From positions 160,001 to 224,000 of the forward strand of contig CAVPNI010000001.1 in the NCBI GenBank assembly GCA_963706715.1: 64,000 bases of DNA, read 5' to 3'. Positions 52,111-61,642 of this stretch are shown one piece after another. This DNA is from an uncultured Verrucomicrobiae bacterium. GTDB lineage: Bacteria > Verrucomicrobiota > Verrucomicrobiia > Chthoniobacterales > Xiphinematobacteraceae. How positions within the stretch are numbered: position 1 is the first letter of the stretch; every line of letters starts with the position of its first letter. Position numbers and translations under genes: made by a program. Below the pieces are notes generated by a model. It ran no database searches, was not told where the DNA came from, and worked only from the letters and a program-made list of their open reading frames with translations.

Positions 52111-53492
52111 AAGAGCAGCGGCAACACAAGGTGGGAATAGTCAGTCTAGGTTGTGCTAAAAATTTAGTGGACGCGGAGATCATGCTGGGTGATGCGGTGC
52201 GTCATGGTTTTGCGATTACGTCCAGTCCAGAGGAGGCGGATGTACTCATTGTCAATACCTGTGGATTCATCGATTCCGCAAAACAAGAGTCGATTGATGC
52301 AATTCTTGAAGTGCATAGGGATCGCCAGACAGAAAAGCGGACTCACCAAAAACTAGTGGTCAGCGGATGTCTGGCTCAGCGATTTTCCAATGAGCTGGCC
52401 AAGGAAATTCCGGAAATTGATGCCATAGTCGGATTGGATCAGGTTGGCGAAATAGGGCCTTTTTTACAGGACTTGTTGGAAAACGACAGCAGCACACAAT
52501 CACCGATCAATCTCGTTGCTCGCGCTGCTTCACGATATATTCCCGACTATGATACCCCACGTTTTCGCCTCACTCCCTCACATTCTGCCTATTTAAAAAT
52601 CGCGGAAGGTTGCAATCATCCTTGTAGCTTCTGCGTGATTCCCCGAATGCGCGGACGCCACCGCAGCCGTACCATTCTCTCCGTCGTGGAGGAGGTGAAG
52701 TCTTTGGTAAGGCAAGGTGTGCGAGAAATTAATTTGATCAGCCAAGATACGACCTACTTTGGCATGGATCTCTGGGAACAGAAAGCGGGTCCACGTCAGC
52801 CGGTTGATTCCCTGCGAGGCCCCACTCTCTCCAGACTCTTAGATGAAATAGCGGAAATCGAAGGAGATTTTTGGATCAGGCTTCTTTACACCCATCCCGC
52901 TCACTGGAGTGATGAGCTTATTGAAGCCATCGCAAGAAATCCGAGGGTCGTGCCGTATGTGGACATGCCTCTTCAACATATCCATACGGATATGTTGATT
53001 GCCATGCGCCGGGAGACCTCTCGCCAGCACATTGAAGATTTGATCCGGAGGTTGCGTGCCGGCATTCCTCACCTCGCTCTCCGGACCACCTTCATTGTGG
53101 GATTTCCGGGCGAAACATCCGAACATTTTGAAACGCTTTTGGAGTTCATCGAAGCCGTTCGTTTTGAACGCCTCGGTGTATTTACCTATTCGCAAGAAGA
53201 TGGCTCTCGTGCCGCGAAAATGGAGGGGCAAATTTCTGTTGCTGAAAAGAGTCGCCGCATGCGGCGCGCGATGGCATTGCAACAAAAAATTGCGATCGAG
53301 ATCGCTCAAAGTCAGGTGGGAAAAAATCTTCGGGTGTTGGTTGAGACCCCCTATACCGGCCGCACAGCTCACGACGCACCCGATGTCGACTGTAAGGTAA
53401 TTCTGACCCGTCCTTCTTCACCGGGTGAATTTATTGAGGCCCGTGTGACAGATACCCAGGTTTACGACCTCGTAGCGCAACCTCCCCATTAA
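52107..53492 (+). CDS. rimO: Ribosomal protein S12 methylthiotransferase
   Basis: SLGCAKNLVD, NTCGFI, EGCNHPCSFC radical SAM motif, APDVD TRAM domain. Confidence 0.96.
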   Translation: MKEQRQHKVGIVSLGCAKNLVDAEIMLGDAVRHGFAITSSPEEADVLIVNTCGFIDSAKQESIDAILEVHRDRQTEKRTHQKLVVSGCLAQRFSNELAKEIPEIDAIVGLDQVGEIGPFLQDLLENDSSTQSPINLVARAASRYIPDYDTPRFRLTPSHSAYLKIAEGCNHPCSFCVIPRMRGRHRSRTILSVVEEVKSLVRQGVREINLISQDTTYFGMDLWEQKAGPRQPVDSLRGPTLSRLLDEIAEIEGDFWIRLLYTHPAHWSDELIEAIARNPRVVPYVDMPLQHIHTDMLIAMRRETSRQHIEDLIRRLRAGIPHLALRTTFIVGFPGETSEHFETLLEFIEAVRFERLGVFTYSQEDGSRAAKMEGQISVAEKSRRMRRAMALQQKIAIEIAQSQVGKNLRVLVETPYTGRTAHDAPDVDCKVILTRPSSPGEFIEARVTDTQVYDLVAQPPH

Positions 53493-53661
53493 AAGAAATC
53501 CTGTACGCTGCCCATGAACAGTCCGATTCATGGGATGAATCGGCAGCTTTTTTGGCTGTGCGCCCTACGAACCACCAACTACGAACTGTGCTATTGTTTG
53601 GACGCGGGTCCACTTTCCTGACCCACTCGTTATGTCGAGGAGCCAACTATGCTCTTCACCG

Positions 53662-54099
53662 TCACTTCTTTTCGTAATGAGATCCTTCATCCGACCCAAG
53701 TATGATCCGACCCGTCAACGTACGACCAACCGACAAGTTCCGAACCAACTTTTCTCGGATTTTTTCGAAATCTGGATCAATTTTTTCTCCATCAACGACA
53801 CTATAAATCCCAATAGTGATTACTGTCCTATATAGGAAGGATCGCACAGATCCCCATTCCCATGTGCCTTGCGCGGAAAAAACCCTTCCATCTTTAAGCC
53901 TGACCTGCTGTATGCAGCTTCCATCCGGCTTCAGTTCCAAGATCTCAGAACCGCCATCGGGAAGCCCAGGTGTTCCATCCTGCAGAACAGCTTGGTATAC
54001 TCCAATCACATCTTTTTTATTTACAGGCCATAGAATACAACCACCAAATCCCGTCACGATTGCAAGGATTACAACGCCAGCTATGCTCTTCACCGTCAC
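53662..54099 (-). CDS. Putative immunity protein, paralog 3
   Basis: GFGGC, GTPGLPDGGSEILELK.DG.C.Q, ends HYEKK. Confidence 0.7.
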   Translation of the reverse strand: MTVKSIAGVVILAIVTGFGGCILWPVNKKDVIGVYQAVLQDGTPGLPDGGSEILELKPDGSCIQQVRLKDGRVFSAQGTWEWGSVRSFLYRTVITIGIYSVVDGEKIDPDFEKIREKLVRNLSVGRTLTGRIILGSDEGSHYEKK

Positions 54100-54587
54100 T
54101 TCTTTTCGTAGTGGGGACCCTCGTCCGATCCAAGAGCAACCCGGCCAGTCAAAGTACGACCTACCGGAAGACTCTGTACCACGTTCCCTAAATCCGCTTC
54201 CAGGTCGGGATTAATTCTGGGATTTATCCCTCCATCACGGATTACCCAATATAGTCCCATTACTATAACTGTACTGAAATATGACCCATGAGGACTCCAT
54301 TCCCAGGTACCTTGAGCGGAAAAATTCCTTCCATCTTTAAGGATAATATCCTGTTTACACGTTCCATCTGCCCTTAATTCGAGGATTTCAGAACCCCCAT
54401 CAGGAAGTTCAGGTGTCCCGTTTTCGAGAACAGATTGATACGTCCCAATCACATTCTTCTTCTTTACAGGCCACAACATTGGCAACAAAAGAATGCAGCC
54501 ACCGAAGCCTATCGATAAGATCGTAAAGATTGCTAGCTTGGCCAAATTCTTGATCCGAGATAGGAGACCTCCCTGTTGCAACATCAC
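54096..54587 (-). CDS. Putative immunity protein, paralog 2
   Basis: Same motifs; directly follows the orphan toxin tip. Confidence 0.7.
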   Translation of the reverse strand: MMLQQGGLLSRIKNLAKLAIFTILSIGFGGCILLLPMLWPVKKKNVIGTYQSVLENGTPELPDGGSEILELRADGTCKQDIILKDGRNFSAQGTWEWSPHGSYFSTVIVMGLYWVIRDGGINPRINPDLEADLGNVVQSLPVGRTLTGRVALGSDEGPHYEKK

Positions 54588-54832
54588 TTATTAGTTGGCT
54601 GAGGCAATCGAGCTGGATCAATTGGCACCGTCCATTCGAATACCTGCTCCACATTGTGCATTGGACCAGTTTTGCCGGGCAGATTCGGTAACAGGTGATA
54701 AAAGAATGAATGTGCTCCTGCTACGTTTGGAATCCGAATAGTCATCGTGCCGTTACCATTGTTTGTGATAGTTGCACCTGCATAACCTCCCACCTGCATT
54801 GCAGTACTCTGCCAGTTGGCGGTAAAAGGATC
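54584..54832 (-). pseudogene. Orphan C-terminal toxin fragment
   Basis: DPFTANWQSTAMQVGG...SFFYH...GPMHNVEQVFEWTVPID aligns with the C-terminus of the RHS ORF. Confidence 0.75.
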
Positions 54833-55274
54833 ACTTCTTTTCGTAATGAGGGGTTTCGGTTGACCCAAGGACGATTTGACCTATAAAATTGCGGCAAACT
54901 GAAGGGCTCTGTAAAAATCCGGTTGTTTTTTCGATTTCGGGATTAATTACATCATCCCTAATTGCGTTGTGGAGGCTTTCTAGGGTGATATTCCCCAGGC
55001 TCTTATTATATTTCCAAGTACCCTGGGCCAAGAATCTTCTCCCATCTTTGAGAGTAATTTTCTGTATGCATGTACCATCAGCCTTTAGTTCTAGAATTTC
55101 AGAACCGCCATCGGGAAGTCCGGGTGTACCATCCTGTAGAACAGACTGATAAGTTCCGATTACATCCTCCTCACTAACTGGCCGTATAATGCAACCAGCA
55201 AGATTCATCAGGATTGCAAAGCCACCGAGACTCTTAATCACTATTTGAAACGCTTTTTGCATTTGCGAAATCAT
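54831..55274 (-). CDS. Putative cognate immunity lipoprotein, paralog 1
   Basis: Lipobox LAGC; starts 5 nt after the restored toxin stop; ends HYEKK. Confidence 0.72.
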   Translation of the reverse strand: MISQMQKAFQIVIKSLGGFAILMNLAGCIIRPVSEEDVIGTYQSVLQDGTPGLPDGGSEILELKADGTCIQKITLKDGRRFLAQGTWKYNKSLGNITLESLHNAIRDDVINPEIEKTTGFLQSPSVCRNFIGQIVLGSTETPHYEKK

Positions 55275-55278
55275 TAAC

Positions 55279-56499
55279 TCATTGGTTTTTTGGCAATAGG
55301 TTCAGATCGATTGGCACCGTCCATCTATAGCAAAGCCCGTATAAAATGATTACGCCTTTGCCGCCCTTTTGCCTCCAAGCTTTGTTGCAAAAAATAGTCC
55401 GTATCTACAGATATGGCCTCTTTTTTGCGTCTTGCTTGGAGCCAAAATTTCAGTCAAATCCATGATCATTTTATACGGGCCTTGCTATAAATGTTTGTCT
55501 GACATTACTCATTGGGCCACTGCTTCGGCGAATATTTGGTACCACATGCAAGAAGAATGAGTTCGCTCCAGCCGTGTTCTTGATCGTGAAGGTCGCGGTA
55601 CCGTCATTATTGTTGGTCACAGTCGCTCCTCCAAATCCTCCTACCTGCATTGCAGTACCCTTCCAATTTGCTGTGGCTGGGTTGAAAATCGTTTCTACGT
55701 ATGCCCTCCCTGTGCTGTAAGTCAGCCTCTCTTGTGACCGTAGGTTATTTAGATAGAAAGTATTTCGCATCCCTGTTGCACCCGGAGAATTTTGCATATC
55801 CCGGACCTGAACGGAATTCTGAGCATAAACGATATCGTTCGGAGCATTCCCCGTAAGCCAGTCCGCAAGAAACTGTTGATTGTGCATCCCAATGGCTGGC
55901 CTTAAAAGACTGGTAGTTGCATAAATCTGCTTATCAACTACCCTTCCCATTGGACCCTGGTTACCCGCAGTCCATCGATCAGCAACAAATTCCAAAATGC
56001 TTCCTGAAGCTGTCTCCAATTTGTTCGCGACGTTTGTTAATCCCCACCATTCCGCTACCTGGCCAGCAAATCCGAGATACATGCTTACCGGTATCCCTAT
56101 TGTGGACACATGTGCAACGCCTACGTTAAAGTGCTGTTTCCAAACCCCCTCATCAGAATCAAACCGATTAACCAAAACCGGATTGCCAAGGGGATCAAAG
56201 GTTGTGGTGGTACTCACGGTACCGTTGGTTTCAGTTATGTTATTAGGAGAATAAGCATATGTTGTTTCATCTACCTTTTGATCATTAGCATCTTCATTTA
56301 CAACGCTAGTAATGCGGCCTAATGCATCCTTGGTAAAAATTTGTTTTCCTCCCAAGTTGTTTATGATCATTAGCGTGTTGCGACCATAAGAAATATGAGT
56401 CTGCTCTTGTGCTGAAGGACCAAATTCAGTTTTTAGCCGATTGAGGCCGTCATATTGCCTGGTAACGGTATTGTTTTTCCCATCGGTATAGGAAATCAC
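55279..56499 (-). pseudogene. RHS/YD-repeat toxin remnant, N-terminally truncated and interrupted by a MITE
   Basis: YDGLNRL, DALGRI, FDPLGN repeats then a distinct C-terminal domain; removing the MITE restores QTFRWTVPIDLNLLPKNQ*. Confidence 0.8.
55328..55487. mobile_element. MITE, IS630-related, 160-bp form
   Basis: Same TIRs with a TA duplication; equals the 243-bp form minus an 83-bp hairpin block. Confidence 0.95.
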
Positions 56500-56632
56500 A
56501 TTGCAGCGACGATCGAAAACAAACCTTTCTTGACTTAAAGTTTCTTGTGGCTGAACAAATGTTGAAGGAGCCTGTTGAGACTTATTCAGCCGAAGAGGTG
56601 AAAGAGGGAGTGCGGATTATAGATTGGACTGA

Positions 56633-56848
56633 CTAGTGTCCCTTTATCTCCTTCAGAATTTTTGAATATTTACGCCTTTCCGCAGGAGTAATCTCTCTAC
56701 CACCTTGCTGGAGGATATATTCGTCAAATTCTTTAGCGGTTAATTTATCTTTCATTGGCCGGATATGAACAAATGATGGTGTACCGCTAATTCTCTTGAA
56801 AGAAACGGATGTAGTTTTCCGCGTTCGTTTTGAAGTCTTGGATGGCAT
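56633..56848 (-). CDS. Small basic protein, possible antitoxin-like partner
   Basis: Follows 56787-57092; true start may be the internal MKDKL. Confidence 0.4.
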   Translation of the reverse strand: MPSKTSKRTRKTTSVSFKRISGTPSFVHIRPMKDKLTAKEFDEYILQQGGREITPAERRKYSKILKEIKGH

Positions 56849-57092
56849 AGTGCATCACCTCCTTTTTACTTGAACCTAAAAATGGTTCTTTTGCAAGAAT
56901 TCCTGCCTTTTTACCGAGAACATCACGATGGGGAAAGCCGTGTGCAGTGTCATATCGGACTACGCAGCACAGTTCGCCTTCAATTTCGGCAAGCAGTACT
57001 ACGCGAAAATCTATCAATTCTCCACCTACATTATGTCGCCATACAAAGATGACGGCGTTTTCCAGGTAAATGAAAAAATCCTTTTCGGGCAT
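56787..57092 (-). CDS. Small hypothetical protein, possible toxin-antitoxin component
   Basis: VRYDTAHGFPHRD motif, resembling the RYD..H..PH pattern of small putative TA proteins. Confidence 0.55.
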   Translation of the reverse strand: MPEKDFFIYLENAVIFVWRHNVGGELIDFRVVLLAEIEGELCCVVRYDTAHGFPHRDVLGKKAGILAKEPFLGSSKKEVMHYAIQDFKTNAENYIRFFQEN

Positions 57093-57184
57093 GGGGATGG
57101 GCTTGATCTATGATTGAAGTCATGGTTATGGGAGGAATCCAACAAAAATTGGATGCTTCCTTTTAATCGCTCTAAAACTCCGTA

Positions 57185-58311
57185 TAGCAAGGCCCGTATA
57201 AAATGATTACAAATAATTATCTGAAAAAAGGGAAATTATGGAACATTGGAGACTTCTACGGCGAGCTATAGCTTGAGCCCATTTATGTTCAATAGGATTA
57301 AGATCCGGAGAGTAAGTAGGGAGATATTCCAGCGTACAACCAGCCTCTTTTATCAGAGCTTGTGTATCACATCTCTTATGAAAAGTAGCATTATCCATAA
57401 CGATCACCGAATTTTTCGGTAGTTTTGGCAAAAGGTCTTCTTGCACCCAGTTATAGCAAAGCCCGTATAAAATGATTACGCCTTTGCCGCCCTTTTGACT
57501 CACTCAGCCCCGCTGAGTCTCGCCCCTTCGGGGCTTGCCTTCGGCAAGTCTACCCCGGCCGTTCCCACGGCCAGGTGTTGCCTCCAAGCTTTGTTGCAAA
57601 AAATAGTCCGTATCTACAGATATGGCCTCTTTTTTGCGTCTTGCCTGGAGCCAAAATTTCAGTCAAATCCATGATCATTTTATACGGGCCTTGCTATATG
57701 GAAAATGTCGCCATTTATGGAACTCGTAAAGAGGCCGGTCGTGAGTAAACAAGCTCCTACCAAAGCCCCAATGACATTAGTTCTAGCCTGCTTGTGCCAA
57801 TCATGTTTTCCAAAAGAGCGTTTTCCTTTATCAGCATAGCCATATCTTCTGGGCATATCCTCGGCAAAGCCGCTTTCATCGATATAGACAATAGTTTTTC
57901 CACTTTCCCGATGTTCATTCATTTTTGTTTCAAAAGTTTTTCTGGCAAGATGGTCCGCCTTCGGATGGCGGAAGGATTTTTTTAATAGGTGACTCCTAAC
58001 TTTTTTAGGGCCCAATATATCCCATGTTTACTGACTCCAAACCGGACTGCCCGTTCTCTCTGATAGTCATCCGGATATTTTTCAACATCTTTTGCTAATG
58101 ATTCCATGTCTATTTTCCGACTGTGCTTCTTTCTTTTTTGAATTGGGTTTATCTCTTTGGCCCAACTCATCAGTGTCGCTATTCCTATTTTGACTTGTTT
58201 TGCTAGCTCCCGATAGGTGAGATTTTCCTCTTTTTTAATCTTGATTACATGTTCTCGAAATTTTAATGGATAGCACATAATTCTTGTTATCATTTTGTAC
58301 GGGCCTTGCTA
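57185..58311 (-). mobile_element. IS630-family element, inactivated
   Basis: TIRs TAGCAAGGCCCGTA(T/C)AAAATGAT with TA on both sides; HTH orf 57982-58293; DDE parts YIDESGF, MDNATFH, SPDLNPIE. Confidence 0.93.
57454..57696. mobile_element. MITE, 243-bp form, inside the IS630 transposase
   Basis: Removing it with one TA restores GDIFHNWVQEDLL in frame. Confidence 0.95.
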
Positions 58312-59429
58312 TAAGCGGCGTAGTGCTTTTCCGTAGTAGAGACAGTGGCATGACCCAAGAATTCCTTTGCAGCGTAAAGGCCATGTTCCGTGGCAATTCG
58401 GGCACCTGCATACTTGCGCAATTCATGCAGTGACTTTGAGCGGCCAGGCAGATAACGACGAATAAATGCGGATGCTGTGCGATACACAGCGTTCTGACGA
58501 GTGGTAGGAGGCTTGCCATCTGCGATGAGATATTGAGGTTTGCCGATGTCTTCGCAGAATTCATCGATCAGCTCCTGAGAAAGTTCCAGCCACCTATTTA
58601 CACCTGCCTTGGTCTGAAACGACTGCTGAGGCCGATCAATGACCGCCAGCACCCATTTGCCACGACGTTCCTCAATCCAGTTACCTCGGACGTGGACAAT
58701 CTCCTTGTCTCGCAGTCCCAATCTTGCGACCAACAAGTACACTCGGTAAGTATCCGGATCTGTCTGCCGAATCTGTTGAGCTGCCCATTTTATCTGTCCG
58801 GCTACGTCAGCACCGAAGTCTTTGAAGGTTTGATCGACTGACCTCCGACGCAACTTGGGAGCACTCGAAAATGCCGTAAGATCTGGAAGCTTCCATTTGC
58901 GACGATAGATTTCCATGGCGCGAGTACTGAAGACTGCCTAGGCTTGGTTCAAACGACTTGCAGCGGTGGTACGGTTTTCTGTACTCGTGGCTTTCCAGTA
59001 AGCAGCAATCAGATCGGAATTGAGTAATGTAACGGGAATTTCCTTTGCCTTCTCCTTATCGCATTGTCGCGCAAGACTGATGACTCGAAGTAATGCACTT
59101 ATTCCTCCCATAAGGGTTTTTGACTGCAACTCTAACTCAAGAGCTGCCTTTTGATACTCATCTATGATCTTTCCAATGGTGGGAGCCGAAGAACGTACCT
59201 TCAAAGTATCAAGAGCAACCCAGTCATTCGAAAGGAGGTGTTCGACGTACAATTTTGCATTTTTGACTGCTACCTGTAGCACCGAAGTCCCCAAAACTTT
59301 TACCGCCCCATTTGGGTTTACAGTCCTGTGCTTTACACGCATCGCCCAATTACCGCCTGAAACACGAAATAAACGATAATTTTTCTTACCGATTTTGATT
59401 GTAGCAGAGTCGGATGATTCGGGCTTCAT
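58312..59429 (-). pseudogene. Tyrosine recombinase/integrase with an in-frame stop and an IS630 at its 3' end
   Basis: LGLR..EI, TK, LHELRK, LGH, TTEKHY; ORFs 58938-59429 and 58290-58916 share a frame, separated by one TAG. Confidence 0.85.
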
Positions 59430-59576
59430 ACCCCCAACATACTCATTATCATACCCCTTGCAATGACAAACCGGGCTTATTTCTGCTCATCCGTGCTTTA
59501 CCAGAAGCATCCCAAAAATGTTGCCAGAACTTGATAAACAAAGGACCTAATGCGATTTCTCTCTGAATTCAAAAAG

Positions 59577-59623
59577 AGCCGGCAGTCGGATTCGAACCGA
59601 CGACCTGCTGATTACAAATCAGT
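59577..59623 (-). other. tRNA-Thr(TGT) 3' fragment, probable att site
   Basis: CTGATTTGTAATCAG CAGGTC GTCGGTTCGAATCCGAC TGCCGGCT; no 5' acceptor strand or D arm upstream. Confidence 0.85.
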
Positions 59624-59842
59624 CTTGTTACTCTATACATATTCTGATGGTGCCCATTGGTGCCCGTAGACGTCAAAATCAAGACATCAATTTTCCTCAA
59701 GTTGCCTTTTCGTATAACCTTCATCCGTAAAAGATTCGACTTAATTCCTTCATAGAGGAGGAACTTAATGCGAACAATCGAGAACATATGGCGAGAACCG
59801 TTATTAAATGCGAAGAAGAATTAGGTATGGACTCACCACCAC

Positions 59843-60517
59843 CTACTTTTTCTTCGGGCGACCTGGCCGAGGCTTTGCCTTAAAATTAATGATGTCTTCT
59901 CGATAAACGAGCCGAGTGTCACCTGTCTTGATGCTTCGAATACGCTTACGGGTTATGTGCCTTGTAATTGTCGCCTGATTGATGCTCCGAATACGTGCAG
60001 CTTCCGCTACGGTGATCCAGTCTTCAGGATTCTCTCCGGGTGGTAGTGCATTCTGCAATCCAGACTCAGGATGAAAATCAATTCTGGGTCGGTAATTCAA
60101 AACGTCCTGTTTGTTAACGAATGGTATCCCATTTTTTCTCAAAACCCGAATACGGCCTCTCTTGATCGCCGTTTGAATACCACTGACCGTAATTTGCCGT
60201 AGCTTTGCTGCCTCTTTTTGGGTGATCCATTCCTCGCAATTAATCAAAGCCATTGCAGTTTGTTTTGCGCTCCTGCTTGGGCGCCCTACCCCGGTTACCA
60301 AGGGCTTAAAGTTAGTGACATCTTCCATGTGCACCAGCTTTCGGCCCGCAACCATCTTACTTCTCAGTCGTTTGCTGCGTAAAAGACAGGCAATCGTGGC
60401 GGTGGTGACTTTTCGTAAGGCGGCTGCTTCTGTTTGAGTGATCCAAACCCCCTGTTTACTTAATTCACTAGAATTACATGTTGACATATATTGCTTTGTT
60501 GGATAGATTAGCCTCAT
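59843..60517 (-). CDS. DNA-binding protein with three excisionase-like (HTH_17-type) repeats
   Basis: WIT..EAA..R....I......R...........V...DV/I three times; GRP motifs including C-terminal RPGRPKKK. Confidence 0.75.
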   Translation of the reverse strand: MRLIYPTKQYMSTCNSSELSKQGVWITQTEAAALRKVTTATIACLLRSKRLRSKMVAGRKLVHMEDVTNFKPLVTGVGRPSRSAKQTAMALINCEEWITQKEAAKLRQITVSGIQTAIKRGRIRVLRKNGIPFVNKQDVLNYRPRIDFHPESGLQNALPPGENPEDWITVAEAARIRSINQATITRHITRKRIRSIKTGDTRLVYREDIINFKAKPRPGRPKKK

Positions 60518-60827
60518 GAAACGCGACGGATTCCCCTAGCTGGCGCGACGGGATAAAACGCCGTCTCCAACCGAATGGCTCCTCACGCATTCAGATAAAC
60601 CTATTATTTAAAACAGAGAGGCATTGCTTATGACAAATGGGAATCGCTTTTGCGATTATTCCCTCTGCCATTCGTCCGTCTGTGCCCTGATATTATGAAA
60701 ATCGACCATAAAAAAACACAAATCCCATGCCTGAACTACTCAATTTCCCCGGCCTATTGCTCTTTTTTGGAGCTTATTTAGGAAGTTTTATGGGAGCTGC
60801 ATTAACAATTTTAGTTCTTCTAAGAAA

Positions 60828-61211
60828 ATGAACGAGGCACAAATAACTGGTTCTAGCGTTGCCCATCTCGGCCTCAATTTTTGGAGACAACTGGTCGCAA
60901 AAGACACCAGCTATTATTTCCGATCCGATAATGCTCTCTTGCTTTGCTTGGAGGATGACGGGCGGCTATTGCATCATTTTTTTCTCAACCAAAACGGGCT
61001 TTCAGGCAGTTCTATCGTCATGTGGGCTTGTGTTACTTTGGCAAAAGGAATTGGTGCCTCAACTCTCGTCCGCATTCAGACGCATCCAGCCTATGAGGCC
61101 GATCCTTTACAGATAAATAGTTCGGTTACCAAAGTCCTCTACAAGGCCACCAATTTTTACGATCTCCATCTCACCGAGGTGGTCCTTCCACACATTTCTC
61201 CCATTTTCTAA
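60828..61211 (+). CDS. RadC/JAB-like protein with degenerate active site (copy 1)
   Basis: QTHPAYEADPLQIN matches the spacing of RadC HNHPSGxxxPSxxD. Confidence 0.6.
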   Translation: MNEAQITGSSVAHLGLNFWRQLVAKDTSYYFRSDNALLLCLEDDGRLLHHFFLNQNGLSGSSIVMWACVTLAKGIGASTLVRIQTHPAYEADPLQINSSVTKVLYKATNFYDLHLTEVVLPHISPIF

Positions 61212-61216
61212 CCGCC

Positions 61217-61588
61217 ATGAAAGAATACTCTGATAGCAATTTCAGTATCGCCCACTTTGGCCCCAATTTTTGGAGACAACTCGTTGCTGAGACTCCAAGC
61301 TTCAATTTCGAATCTGACAATGCCTTTTTACTCTTCCTTGATGACGATGGGCATTTGTTAGATTGCTGTCACCTCACCAGCGGAAAAGCTTCTTGTGCCG
61401 ATGTCATAAATGCCTGCAAGGCTCTGAAAAGATTTCTCGAAGTTTCCGCAGTAGTCCGGATTCAAACCCAATCCGCTTACGAGAAAGATCCTTTTTGCAT
61501 AAATGGTCTTCAGACACAGACTCTCTATACGTTCGCTGATCTTTACAACTTCCATCTAGCTGACGTGGTTTTACCAAGGTTCAACTGA
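61217..61588 (+). CDS. RadC/JAB-like protein with degenerate active site (copy 2)
   Basis: Paralog of copy 1 (AH.G.NFWRQLV, DDG.LL, RIQ...DP, L.DVV). Confidence 0.6.
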   Translation: MKEYSDSNFSIAHFGPNFWRQLVAETPSFNFESDNAFLLFLDDDGHLLDCCHLTSGKASCADVINACKALKRFLEVSAVVRIQTQSAYEKDPFCINGLQTQTLYTFADLYNFHLADVVLPRFN

Positions 61589-61642
61589 GACATTCGGTGC
61601 TGAAATTTACTTTCCGTATTTTCCGTCATTCCCCCATCATTT

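Noticed and set aside
53431..53646. 71-aa minus-strand ORF overlapping the rimO end
   Set aside because: No motif; it lies in junction debris after the truncated fourth immunity start.
56579..56591. IS66-like terminus (TATTCAGCC) upstream of the RHS remnant
   Set aside because: Only 9 bp match and the terminal GTAAC is absent; could be chance.
58938..58940. Programmed readthrough or recoded TAG in the integrase
   Set aside because: TAG ends normal genes here (cmk, khpA, ftsK) and the gene is also hit by IS630; a nonsense mutation is simpler.
59569..59787. 72-aa ORF, or an intact tRNA-Thr
   Set aside because: The ORF end is translated tRNA sequence (ICNQQVVGSNP); the tRNA lacks its 5' acceptor strand and D arm.
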